Shown here: positions 39,558-51,400 of the stretch, piece after piece
Layout of the letters: each line of letters starts with the position of its first letter
How positions within the stretch are numbered: position 1 is the first letter of the stretch
NCBI GenBank assembly: GCA_047495785.1
Contig: JBLDXI010000046.1
Location: 372,001-436,000 of the forward strand
Length of the DNA stretch: 64,000 bases
Direction of reading: 5' to 3'
Origin: Lepidodermella squamata
Taxonomy: Eukaryota > Animalia > Gastrotricha
Position numbers and translations under genes: made by a program
The notes under the pieces: model-generated
The model's database searches: none
Told to the model about the DNA's origin: nothing
Seen by the model: the letters and a program-made list of their open reading frames with translations, nothing else

Positions 39558-40442
39558 CAACTGCTTTATCCTTCTCTCCATTTTGATGCAAGGATTGCCG
39601 ATACACTTCATTTTCTTCAAAAGTCTATTGCCACTTGATTTAGATTTTCGAAACTATATAGGGTTAAATTTCAAACAAAGCACTGCACTTCTTTTGATAT
39701 CGATAAAAAAAGTTTTAATCCAGCTGTTGGTTTTATTGTAACTATAAAACCGAAAATTATCAATTCCGAAAATGCATGATGAAAACAATGAAATGAGCCC
39801 TTATCACGTAGTTAAAAATTTTAATATATTTCCAGCACTCAACTTTAGAATTTCGCTATCGTGCTGCTACAGTTAAGTCTTAAAGTCACGCCGTTTCAAA
39901 TTTTTCGAATAATCCTGAGTTTTATGTCAAACGAAAGCGATTAAGACGATAAATTTAATGCAAAAGAAATATTTCCACCCGGAAATGTAACCAATAAGCC
40001 ACGAGGCTGGTCACATTCGGCCATGAGACGTACCGGGACGCCGGGCAGGGTGCGATCTTCGATCCCTGAGCTCCCAGGGATAGAAAAATTTTGTTTGCTG
40101 TATTTGCGAAAATGACGAGTCATTTCGGCTAATAACCGAGCGAAGCGAGAATATTTTGGAGATTTTCCACTAAAACACGCCCCTGACCATTGAACCATCG
40201 ATTTCAGCTCGAATCGATGGTTCAATCGAATAGATTGGAGCTGTTATTTACTGAGGTAAACAGTTCAGCTCACAACAAAATGTTCATTTTTTTTTATTTT
40301 CTGTTTTATATTGTTACAAGTCCAGAATGAAATTACGCACCGGCTTAGTGGCGTACCGGCTGCAAAGCTTTCGATTTCCGATAAATATCAGTAGCTATCC
40401 AATAAATATCAGCAGTCGAACATGAACCTTTCCAGGTACACT

Positions 40443-42123
40443 CACCGGCTTAGTGGCGGGATTTTCATCAATCTCATCGTCAACCTTCTGCCAGAATTCG
40501 TGGTCTGCAGCGGCATCTGAGGTTGTTGCGGGTGTCGAAACCACTTTGGCCAACTTTTTCGCGAGCAGATCGGCCTTTGCCTTGCTCCCTGTCAACGCCT
40601 TGCCGTTTCCCGTCTTTAGACTCACTACGCGGCATTTCTCAAGGCTCGAGTGGCTCGAGCTCGAGAACCTCATGGCGAGGGATCCTGGCCTCCAGCCTGG
40701 TGGAGTGCTTCGCCTGCCTGGTCCCCACGACTTTAGCGTCAGCCAGTCGGCGATCAACGATCTCAAGCCTTTCAAGGCCCCTGACGGGCTTGACAGGGTC
40801 ATCAATGTCTTCTACAAGTGGGGTGGCGCCTCTCTCCAGGTCCACCTTCGCTTGCTCTATAACATGAGCCTTGGGAGCCAATACACGCTGCCTGAATGGA
40901 AGGAGGCAGTCGCCGTGGCCGTGCCTAAGTCGGGCAAGCCGCCTGATGCCGTGGCCTCACAGCGACCCATTTCGCTTCTACCAGTGGATGCCAAGATCCT
41001 CGAAGCGATTATCGCCCGTTGGATGAGTCAGGTGCTGGAGGCTCAGCATCTCCTACCTAATAATCAATACACGTTTCGGGAACATCGGTCAGCAGCCGAC
41101 ATCCCTGTTCGTATCGCCCTCCGTGTACACCAGGCTCGGGCGCGGTTCTTGGTATCCTCTTTGCCGGAAAGCTCACCTGGAAGCCTCACATTGATAACGT
41201 CCTGAACCGTTGAGGTCGCAACCTGTCGTGGTTTCACTCGATTGTGCGTCTCGCCCGGGGCTGTCGCTGCGATGGCGCCGTGCTACTTACCTTTCCCTCG
41301 TCCGGTCAATTGCCACTTTCGGCTCCGTTGCGTTTGCCACTGTCGCTAAGACCCAGCTTCGACGTCTCGATGTGTAACGATTGGTGTTACGGCGGCATCC
41401 CGGTCATGACTAATAAGATGAATAACCATAAACCATAGCTGTGATCTAGGACTTTTGATATATGATCATGTGTAAACTAATTAGGCTGTGTAGTGCGCTC
41501 TATCAAACCAGCGTTGTCAGTATTTAAGCTCTCAATTTGCCAGTGACTGGTGTTCAGTTTATTTTCAATGAATAAATCATTAAGGGTAGCAGTTGACCGT
41601 TTCCGTGACACGATGTGCTTCAAAACAATTGTCTCCGTGCTATCCTGCATGTCCGCCTGGACGACCGCGTCCGCGTCTCCACTCTAGAGCTCCGCTGTCG
41701 CTAGCCCAGCCTCCAGTCCTTCCTGACTCGCGCTCGAAGCCGTTATGTCGACAACGCTTGCCTCTGCGGGAGGACGTGGAAAGCGTCCGCACCTCGTTGC
41801 CGCCCCTGAAATCCCCTGTGACTCTGCTGGCTTCTCCGCTGCCATCGGGCCCGCTCCCTGCACTCCTCTAATCCTGTCATGTCTTATTAGCTCTTCTGTT
41901 TTCCGTGTCACATATATGTGGTTTGTTTCACCCCCGCGCCTGTCCGTATCCAGTTCACCAGCTAGTTGCTTCTCGCGTGTGCCTTTTACCTGTAACCGTT
42001 TGTTCGTCTTTCTTTATGTGTTCGCCATATCAGCGTGCGATAATTACTCCCCTGTATGATAAATCCATGCGTGTGCCTCCCCTTCGTGTATTCGGCGCAC
42101 AGTCTCCGACAAGCCTTCTTTGA
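40443..42123 (+). mobile_element. Degenerate LINE of the same family as 6643-8150, with a 5' inversion, an internal deletion and a nested solo LTR
   Basis: KAPDGLD, VPKSGKP, SQRPISLLPVDAKILEAIIARW and FREHRSA match the first copy. The sequence jumps near 41145 to the LGILF/LTWKPHI region. The 3' end (PLREDVE...KSPV..L...LPSGPLP) and 3'UTR are homologous. Confidence 0.9.
41373..41610 (+). mobile_element. Solo LTR (238 bp) inserted in the LINE
   Basis: TGTAACG...CGTGACA termini, 5-bp TSD CGATG at 41368-41372 and 41611-41615, AATAAA at 41571. Removing it restores the LINE frame RRLDVLQNNCLRA. Confidence 0.92.
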
Positions 42124-42614
42124 CGTTGAAGATTACTGGCAGGTTCTTTCCCGATTAATATGAAACCACTCTTGAGTTGTTTTATCAAAAATTATACTAG
42201 TTTTCATTAGCTGCCCTTTAATATGCTTCGTTTAGGAAAGGAAAGAGCAGAGCAAGCACAAATTGCTGGATGGCGTTACAATGTTTCAAAGAAATAATCA
42301 AAAAGCATATATGAAGCACCAAAAGGGTTAAAACGAAAAATAGAAAGCCATATCAGAAAAATTTAGCTATAGCTTCATCTCAGCGAAACGAAAATTATGA
42401 AGGTTTAAATGATGAAGGAGAGCCTATTATTAACAGTGATTAAAAGCGACGATGGGGCGGAAATTTTCCCAGTAGATGATTAAAGTTAGAACGTTTGCCC
42501 TTCACTTGCTTCTATTAGCCGATCTTGAATAGAAGCCCAGTTTTTCACCCTTTTTCGGACATTAAAAATCTAGAAGCCCGGCTAGTATGATTACGGTATG
42601 ATACTACGGTATGA

Positions 42615-45600
42615 TTAATCGTCTTTGGCTACAAGTTCCAGCCTATGCTTTAAGTCAGAAAAAGTCGGTCTTTCATCGATATTCGAAGCCCAGCATGGCA
42701 CCATCACCATTTCATACCTAGCAAAGTGCAAAGTGACAGTAGCTTTTACGGATATAGCCATAATAAGTGATGGCTTACACATTTTCAGGGCAAATTGAAG
42801 GGCGATTGAGCCGATAACCATCCATGACTCTCATCGCCACGTCAGCGTTTGACAATTCCTTATAAGGAATGTACTGGCAGTCTGGAATAAGAAAATTAGA
42901 CTGGTCAATTCAGGAAGATGCTTTAGGGCCACTCTAAATGAGCCTATTAACTTACAGGTGAAAATTTCCCACATGACCACTCCAAAAGACCACACGTCGC
43001 TTTTCCTGAGGAAAACATGAAGCCGGATGGATTCAGGCGGGTGCCAACGAACAGGAATAATCAGATTTGAAGAGCACCGGTAGTACAGCTCGTTTTCGTC
43101 AATAACCCTCGACATGCCAAAGTCGGAGATCTTCAAAACATCCCCCGATGAGACAAGCACGTTGCGACATGCCAGATCTCGGTGCAGACAATTGCGTTCA
43201 GATAAATAAGCCATGCCGCTGCAAATCTGTTGACAGTACCCGAACAGCTCTTCGACATTCTTAGGAGTGACACTTTTTCGAAGGAACGAATGCAAATCTC
43301 CTCGTTCCATGAAGGGCGTCACTATTCCGACTTCTTCGCCGTAGAAAGCGACCCCATACAGTTCAAGGACGTTCTCGTGAATGAAAGCTCTCATTAACAA
43401 GGCCTCCTTAAAAAATTGGGTCAATTCGCGTTCTGAAGAAGGCATGACAATTTTGAAGCCGACCAACTGCTCATCATTTGTCCCAGAGGTAAGCACAGCT
43501 CGATAGACACATCCGAACTGACCCTGGCCGCATTGTTCCAACAACTTCAAATTGGTAGATTTCACTATCACACTTTCGATTTCTGTAAGCAAATCGCCGG
43601 AGCATTGGTACATAAGTTTGTTTAGGTCTTTCGTTTTCCCAATTTCCTCAGAACTTTTCCCGCCATCTTTTTTTGCTTTTCTGTACTTTCGTATAACGTA
43701 TAAGGAAGCAGCTATAGCTAGAATGGTCAAGGCGATGAGTCCTCCAATAATGCCATAAATATAATCTGAAGAGAAGAACTATTTTGCAAGTGATTAAATA
43801 GTTAACGAATTGTACCTGGAAGATTCTGACTTTCTGCCTTATCTGGTTGTAAGCTGGTAGTTAATAACTCAGGGATATTTCGATCAGTTGTTGCAGTTGT
43901 TGTATTTTGTATGTAGTTGTATGTAGTTGTTGTTGTTTCAGGCTTGATAATGGCGGATCTTTCATTAGAAAAACACGCTTCAGAGTGAAAATCCCATTCA
44001 TGAGGGTAGTCTATACAAGCCATGGCCTTTTTGAGCCATTTCATTCGAGGGAGGAGGCTCATAAACCGGGCCGGCTCGTCAGATAGGCAACTACTGGTTT
44101 GGTAGCTATGCGAGAAAATGCCGATCGGAATCACTGTTTCGCCGGTTTGCTTAACTGCATCCGCAGCACTCTTTACGAAGAGTATGGAACCATCAGCCAT
44201 GTCGCATTTCGGATATTTCGAAGTCGGATTGAAGCAAAAAGTTTCGTTACCGCAGACGGATATGGTACCAGTAACGTAATAGGTGTAGATATTCTTACTC
44301 GTGGAATTGTACGGCGTCCTGCGGTCAAGCATGGCATAAGCTGGTAGATCCCACAATATCATCTGAAAATGATAGAACAGATGATAATAATCAGAGAAAT
44401 ACAGCTCCTGATACAGCTGTAAAAACATTTTCTGTCTCATTCCAAAGTACCGCTAATGGAGTTATTGTAAGAATGTTGAAGTTGTGTCAGTTGTATATGC
44501 TACCCACATGAAACCTCAAGGGCTTACAGTAGGCCTAAAACTACATTTCCAATTTTAGGTAACCGTAATCCGGTACAACTTCGAACAGGTACAACTTTGA
44601 ACGTTTCACGCAAATCAGCTTTTCTCTGAAACCATGGGGATCTACCACTTGGGAATTTTATTGAATATAGATATCGCTGAGATCTAACATTTTGCCAAGT
44701 TTCATCAACAGAGCCCCCACAGTCTCTTCCTTAAAAATTCCACATAATAGAATTTTCTACTTTGAAGTGTTGTCCCGCGATAACCGCAGCAGATATCCGC
44801 GCGCTCTAACTTAGCGAATTCAAGCTTATACTTTTCTGAAGAAGTAGCCAAAAAGGCACGCCCGTCTATAGAGTGGTTTTCGCGTGGCATGCGCTCAAAG
44901 TTGCAAGGGTAGCCGGTATAACTTTGAACACTTGAATGTACAACTTTGAACACGATAGAAATTCATTATTTTGACTTAGAGGAGAATGTTCAAGTTTTAT
45001 CCAGTCATTTTTCGTATTTACTGTCGAGCATAGATAACGTAGTGATCGAAGAGGACACTTCCTATCTCGTCATGGCAACGAATTAATTTTGAATACGGAG
45101 TAAAAAATCCACCACAAGAATGTTTTTTGTGTAACATTATGAATTTTCACGCACTACGTTCTCTATGAAGCAAACCAGTGAGGCGAAAATCGCAAAATTC
45201 GCACAAAATTCTCTGCGCGCGCACAAAGGTGGATTTTTTATATCAGGAAATCTTGGTGTTCAAAGTTGTACTTCGCTGTTCAAAGTTGTACTTTTGGGGT
45301 ATCTCTTGCCAAATCCTTACGCTTGCGAATGTCCAAGAATAAAAAATATCAGGATGTTACAGAAGGCGGCCCCTATCGAACTGCGTTGAAATCCCGACCA
45401 AAATCGCATCTGTTGAATTTACACAGCACATTGAAGTTTGCCTGGACGTAGGTGTTCAAAGTTGTACCGGATTACGGTACATAGGCCTACGTTTTACCCA
45501 TATAGGCCTATGATTTTTCGGCCCGAGCTAGGCCTATGTTCCAATTTAAGCTTACGCTAGGCCTAGGCATCAGTAAATAAGTGAAATATGCATAATTAGA

Positions 45601-48369
45601 CTGTACCAATGATGCACATGACAGATAAATGGAATTTCATTTCAGGATTATATCGAAAATGGGATTTTTGAGAATGAATGAGGAATTTTTCATTAGAATC
45701 TCGTTCCTTTAATATTATCCTTATTTAGGGCAAAACGATCATTTGGGCGAAACTTTATGGCTTGATGGCTCCGAGACTACAAACCCAAAACTTTGAAATA
45801 ATTAGATTGAAAGAAACCAAACCGCCTGATAACTTTTAACATCCGGAAATAAATAAAGGTTAAGAAACTCTTCTTAAGAAACTGAAACTCACGATCCTCT
45901 AATGCTGTCAAAATCTCGACCTGCAAATGTCGCGTTGTGCAAAGTAAAGAAATCTCAGCTGTATTAAAATCGAAGTGTACCTGCATTGAAAAGGGTCATT
46001 TTTCACATAGTTTTTTGGCTATGACTTTTATCTATGATCCGTAATTTCGGGTTAATGCTCACCCTCATAACAAATTTTCGGGCTCAGAATCTTCGAAACC
46101 AGAGAAATTATGCTTTGGAAGTTGACTTAATTTTAGATTTTCAGCTTTTTGAAACTACTGGCACTTGTAAACTTTAATTTACCTGGCTATCGGATAATAA
46201 ATTGACGGGGTATTCGACATATGATGTGATTATCTGCTCACGAGTTCGGAGTACAGTAACGACACCATCTGTCAAGGCCTTCGTTACGGTTAGATTCCTG
46301 GCATTAAAGTTGATGTGGGTGTCATTTCCGACTGGGGCACATTCCCGTAGAGTTAGCAACATGTAAAAATCGACAAAGGTCGCTAGGCATGGTTTGTCGA
46401 GTGCCGCGTGTGAAATGCGTTTTTCAAAATTGAACTTGAGAAAGGTAGGTCTTGGCCCATTAGTTGCAAGAAATGACAACCTATTCTCACACTGTGAAGG
46501 GGTTGATGATCTGTGAAGGTAGCAGCATGCCATTTGCAGTTCTGCCAAGTCAGTCGAGGATAAAACCGACCGATAAGCAGCTATGCAGGAGTAGATATCT
46601 AGCTTCATCGCCCAGCCATCTAAGCCTGTACTGCCGAATTCGATATTCGTAAAATTTTTGTTCGATGCAAAAATCAACGATTCATTAAATTGGTAGTAGA
46701 CGCCATGTCGGTTGTGAATCGAAAAGCGACCTTCTTTTGTTATCATGAACACAATGAAAGACCACTGTTGAACTGGCAGGAAACCGGGTAGGTAAATTTG
46801 CCATTTATCTTCGACAGTCACCTCTAAACTGCCGTTATATTGATGCCGATAACTAGCGACTAGCTTTGGTGCTGAGATGCTCATAATGACCTTCTCCTCG
46901 CCAGTTGGTTTGAAGTAGAATGCTATTGTGAATTCGGTTAGATTTGAGAACTTTCCATAGATATCATCGATTCTTAGTAAACTATTATATCCTCCAAGCG
47001 CCGATAATGGGTCATTGAAAGGACCATCACGCCATATCAGAGTCGCTATCTTACGCAAATTATAGACCATGAACCATGGGCCTAAATCGCGAAAGTCGTA
47101 TTCCCAGGCTACTGGGATGATCATCAAAATCGCGAAAGGTCTCGGCCACGGAACGGCTTGAACAATTAGTCAATAAATAATGATGAAAATGAGCTTTTCC
47201 AACATACCATGACTTATCGAAGTGATGGTCAAATGATGGGGACGTGTGGCTCTATTGATGGTTTCAAGTAGTAAATCCTCTTCCGCCCACATACTTATGC
47301 GCTCTAGAATCGCAGCCTGGAATCTGCCGGTCCCATCCTCCCTGAAATGAATCACTCGATTCTAATGAAAATATGGAAAAAATCTTACGATGTGTTCACA
47401 CTGACTACTTTCAATCCAGAATTTCGAAGAAGACTGCTTATCTAGAGACAACAATTTACATTTTATACTAAAACAGACTGATAAGTACCTCATCGCTTGT
47501 GGCTAAAGTCGAATCGGAATTTCCCGAAATACCGACTGGTAGCAAGGTATGTGAAGTAATAAGGCTAATTCTTCTAAACCTCGGAACTCACTCATCTGTC
47601 CAGCCGCATATATTTCGCTGCGATTTTTGGTGAATGCCACGATTTCTCCCAGCCGCTCGATGCTGAGAGCTTCATCAAAAATCATGAAGTTCGCGTACAT
47701 CGCCCTGTCTGAGGCGACGGGACATATGACAAAATCAAACGGTGGTACAGGAGGTGCCAGAAAGATCTTTTTCGTGAAGTTTGTTTCAGCGAGACTTGGG
47801 TCGAGGTCGTAACCTGGGGCTTGCGATACATGCATGGTGACATTTGTGAAGTTATTTCGAAAAACGATGGCGACAAACGTCCAAGTTGCTAACGGAATTT
47901 CGACCGATGTCATTGATAAAGCCGTCCAATCGCGTATATTCTCAACCCTATTTTTGATTTGCAGACGAATTTCCGCCCGATTTCGCGAACTCTTTTGTAC
48001 AGCTTCTACAACCATGTACCAGTCATTTTCTGCCGTCCTTACGTTGTAAAGCTCTGTCTTGGAATTCATTTCAGAATTCAGGAAAAAGCAGTGCGTGAAA
48101 TCCATCGATAGAGGTGCATCCATTTTATATCGAGCCAAGGCACTGACATATTTTTCCTTTTTTAGTTGATGGGCCGTGTTGGGATAGCCGAATGGCCCCG
48201 GGCGCCAAGTTAGCGGCCCTTCCCACCCAAAAACATATTTCACCCCACGAGGTATCAAGTTTTTCAGGCCATCTCGCGCATCCATCGACACGAAAAGGCT
48301 TGCGGTAGTAAGATTCAATGACACGATGTGAGGTAGCCAGCTGAACCCGAGAAATGACAAAAAAATCAT
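42615..48369 (-). CDS. RTK-B2: paralog of B1 with an intact start and the same architecture
   Basis: ORF pieces 48369-47503, 47127-46174, 44440-43802, 43730-42831 and 42821-42615 are collinear with B1. Signal peptide MIFLSFLGFSWLPHIVS; kinase motifs GQGQFG, HRDLACRN, DFG, LYY. Confidence 0.9.
44563..45477. mobile_element. Non-autonomous TIR DNA transposon (915 bp) in an RTK-B2 intron
   Basis: CCGTAATCCGGTACAACTT ... AAGTTGTACCGGATTACGG|TA, with subterminal gtacaactttgaac repeats. Absent from B1; a second copy lies at 1-339. Confidence 0.9.
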
Positions 48370-48455
48370 TGTCTAAAACTGTCTAAACATAAAACTTTCA
48401 TTAGAACAGGATTTTTATTAACAAAACCAGATGGCTTGATTTAGGTCGACTTTTT

Positions 48456-51400
48456 TTAATAATCAGCCATCATCTGTTCAATGCGAGTTAATAAATCACT
48501 GAAATTAGGTCTGGCCTCGGGGTCATGAGACCAGCACGGTTCGACAACATCTGTGAATCTGAATAATAATATTTTAAATTAAATGATCTCAAATAATTAC
48601 CGGAGCTCACGTTATTTCAGGGCAGCGAATAGGTCGATTGAGGCGTAGGCCGCTGCATACTTTGACAATGACGTCCGAGTTCTCTTTCAGGTCGCTGTAG
48701 GGTGATTCTTGGCATCCTAACACATATAATTACAGTGTACAGAAACAAATGAGGCAGCGAACGAAGTAAGGGAAGGCTATGAGGGGTAGCGTACCCCCGA
48801 AAGGTAAAGACAGAAAATCACGGAAAAACATTTGGTCCGATCATATGGGTCCGATAAACTGGGGACCCAAGGAACCCTGCCTCCACATCCCCTCACCTCG
48901 AGGATTTTACTTCCTTCACCGAAATGAGGACAAATCCAGGACATCTGTAAGTAATCTGTATCTGGGCTTCGTCGATATAGGTAACAAAATCGTCAAAATC
49001 CTAGAAAATATCCAAAAGTTATCATACCGGAAAATATTTCCCACATGACAACTCCGAAAGACCAAACATCAGCTGAGGTGGAAAATTCGTTCCGTTCGAA
49101 TGATTCAGGTGGATGCCACCTGACTGGGATAGGTTTACTTGACCCATCGTAGATGGATGAGAAATTTTCATCTTGCGATGCTAGAATTCTGGCCAGGCCA
49201 AAGTCAGAGATTTTTAGTAGTTCCTCGCCTGAAACAAGAACATTGCGGCAAGCGAGGTCGCGGTGAACGCAATTCTTCTGAGATAAATACACCATTCCCG
49301 AACAAATCTGACGGCTGAAATCCATTAGTTTGATAACATCGACGTTTTTGATCGCTTTGAGATATGAGGTAAGAGCTCCATTCTTCATGAACGGGACAAT
49401 TAAATTCGGCTCACCTCGCGACAGTATCGTCCCAACCAGCGTAAGAACATTTTCATGGTCAAATTTACTCATTACCGAAATTTCGTGAACTAGAGCTGTA
49501 ACGTCACATCGATCTGTTTTGATAGTTTTGATAGCAACTGATAGTTCCGGCTTGTCTGGTTGTTTCAGAGTTCCTTGCGAAACTTTGCTGAAATAGCCCT
49601 CACTAATGACTGATCCTTGTTCCAGCCAAGAGTCTTGAAGTTCGAGCGATAGCAGTAGATTGAGATCAATATTATCCAAGTCCATGCGCTGCACCATATC
49701 TCGAAAGTCTATTGCATCGACGTATTTCGAACATTTTTGCTGGTATTCAGACGGCATCCTTGCGACAGCAACCTTTCTTCGATGATACAGCCAGACACCC
49801 AAAACCGCGAACAAAGTGGCGACAGAAAGCATCACAGCTAACAGAATTATCGTCAGCTGGGATATTCCATCTACAAAAAACGAAATATACATAAAACCCA
49901 CATCTAGTTAGTTGAATACTGCTCATGAAATTTAGATTTAAATTTAAAAAATTTGAAAATGTTCTCTAGCTGAATTTATACATTTTTTATAAGAATAGGT
50001 TAGTGGTATGTTTCTTACATCGAGAATTTCATCATCCGCAATTTATCATGAACATGTTATACTTTTCATTGGAAGAAAGGGCCGTCGTACGAAGTAGGTT
50101 CCTGGGGCTGTATCGCACACTGGATAGAACGAGTGACTGATTATGCTTGCATGTTCAACCCTAATGTTGCACTCCGAAATGTCAGCTTTCACCATGCAAT
50201 ATTGAGCTCAAATATCCCGTATAACCGTATATGGAAGCAGATAATATGTTACCTGAATCAGGCGAAGCCTCGACTCCAGTTTGATTAGAAAGATATGTCC
50301 CCGTTGTAGTGACATATTGGCTGATTCCAGCGGTCGCTTTTGTGAAAACGGGAATATAAACGAATCTCTTTACACACGAATCCCATTGAAGTAGTATTTT
50401 GGCTGGCAAACAAGCTCGTTGCTCAAGGATCCAGGTTGAATACGCCAGTAAATTCACGAAAACGATAATTTTCTCATGAGCTAACATCTTGTTCTTTCTT
50501 GCGTATATTCCAACCTTGGGAATTTGGGTAGTTCAACGGTTGAATATTCTATAAAGACTATTACCAGAATTAATCTAGGCCCAATAAGTGTTGCAGGGTT
50601 GTAAGGCTCAATAAGAGCCAACGCCGCCCCCTCCATTAGGTCCATTCCTTTGACTTCAACATTTGCGAAAAAACACAGCAGAGAATGATTTCGCCATCCA
50701 ATAGCTGAATTGCATGCCTCGGTGGTCATCAATCTACCTGAAATGTAATAGAACTTCGAGCCACTCTTGATACCATACACCAATGCTGTGCCGTCCCAAT
50801 CTACAATTTGGAGACTACTGACCAGAATTCCAGCAGCGAATTTTAGCGATTTTTCTGAAGTGTTTTGCGGCGAAAACATCAAGCTAAGATCCTCATTTTC
50901 AGCATGTTGCGTCGAATTTACAGATTGGACGCATGGCGTTGTGGATATGACGACAAATCGACCGATTCTTGCGGCCAAGCAATCTGGAGAAATTTCATCC
51001 AGAAAAGAGCTTGAAATGTTGAATTCCGCTAGGCCTGATTCGATTAAATGGATTCGGAAGTTTCTTGCTTTGCTTTTATCGCCTGCCGGATCGTGGAAAT
51101 AACGGCATGCGTCTTGAACTTGGACCAGTTCTTCGAAACTCAACGGAGATGCGTAAAGTCCACAACAAGAAATGTATCCGGTGGTACTTTTGGTATCTGT
51201 TCCGATTCGTAGGCCTTCAATTGTTTCTCCGAGAGAAAACTCTGCCGAGCCGCCTGTAATTTCCATGGCCATACCATCTTCCAGGAATACAGAAAGCTTC
51301 GCACCATGAAAAATCAATGCTATGAACTGCCAAGTGTTGGGAACTATCAGCCTGGCTAAGGTTAACGGCGAAGATCCGTTATTGAAGTCTATCATGAGAT

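Noticed and set aside
47503-47505. TAG ending the first RTK-B2 ORF as a premature stop
   Set aside because: It is removed from frame by the gtgagt...taccag intron starting at 47591, which is conserved in B1.
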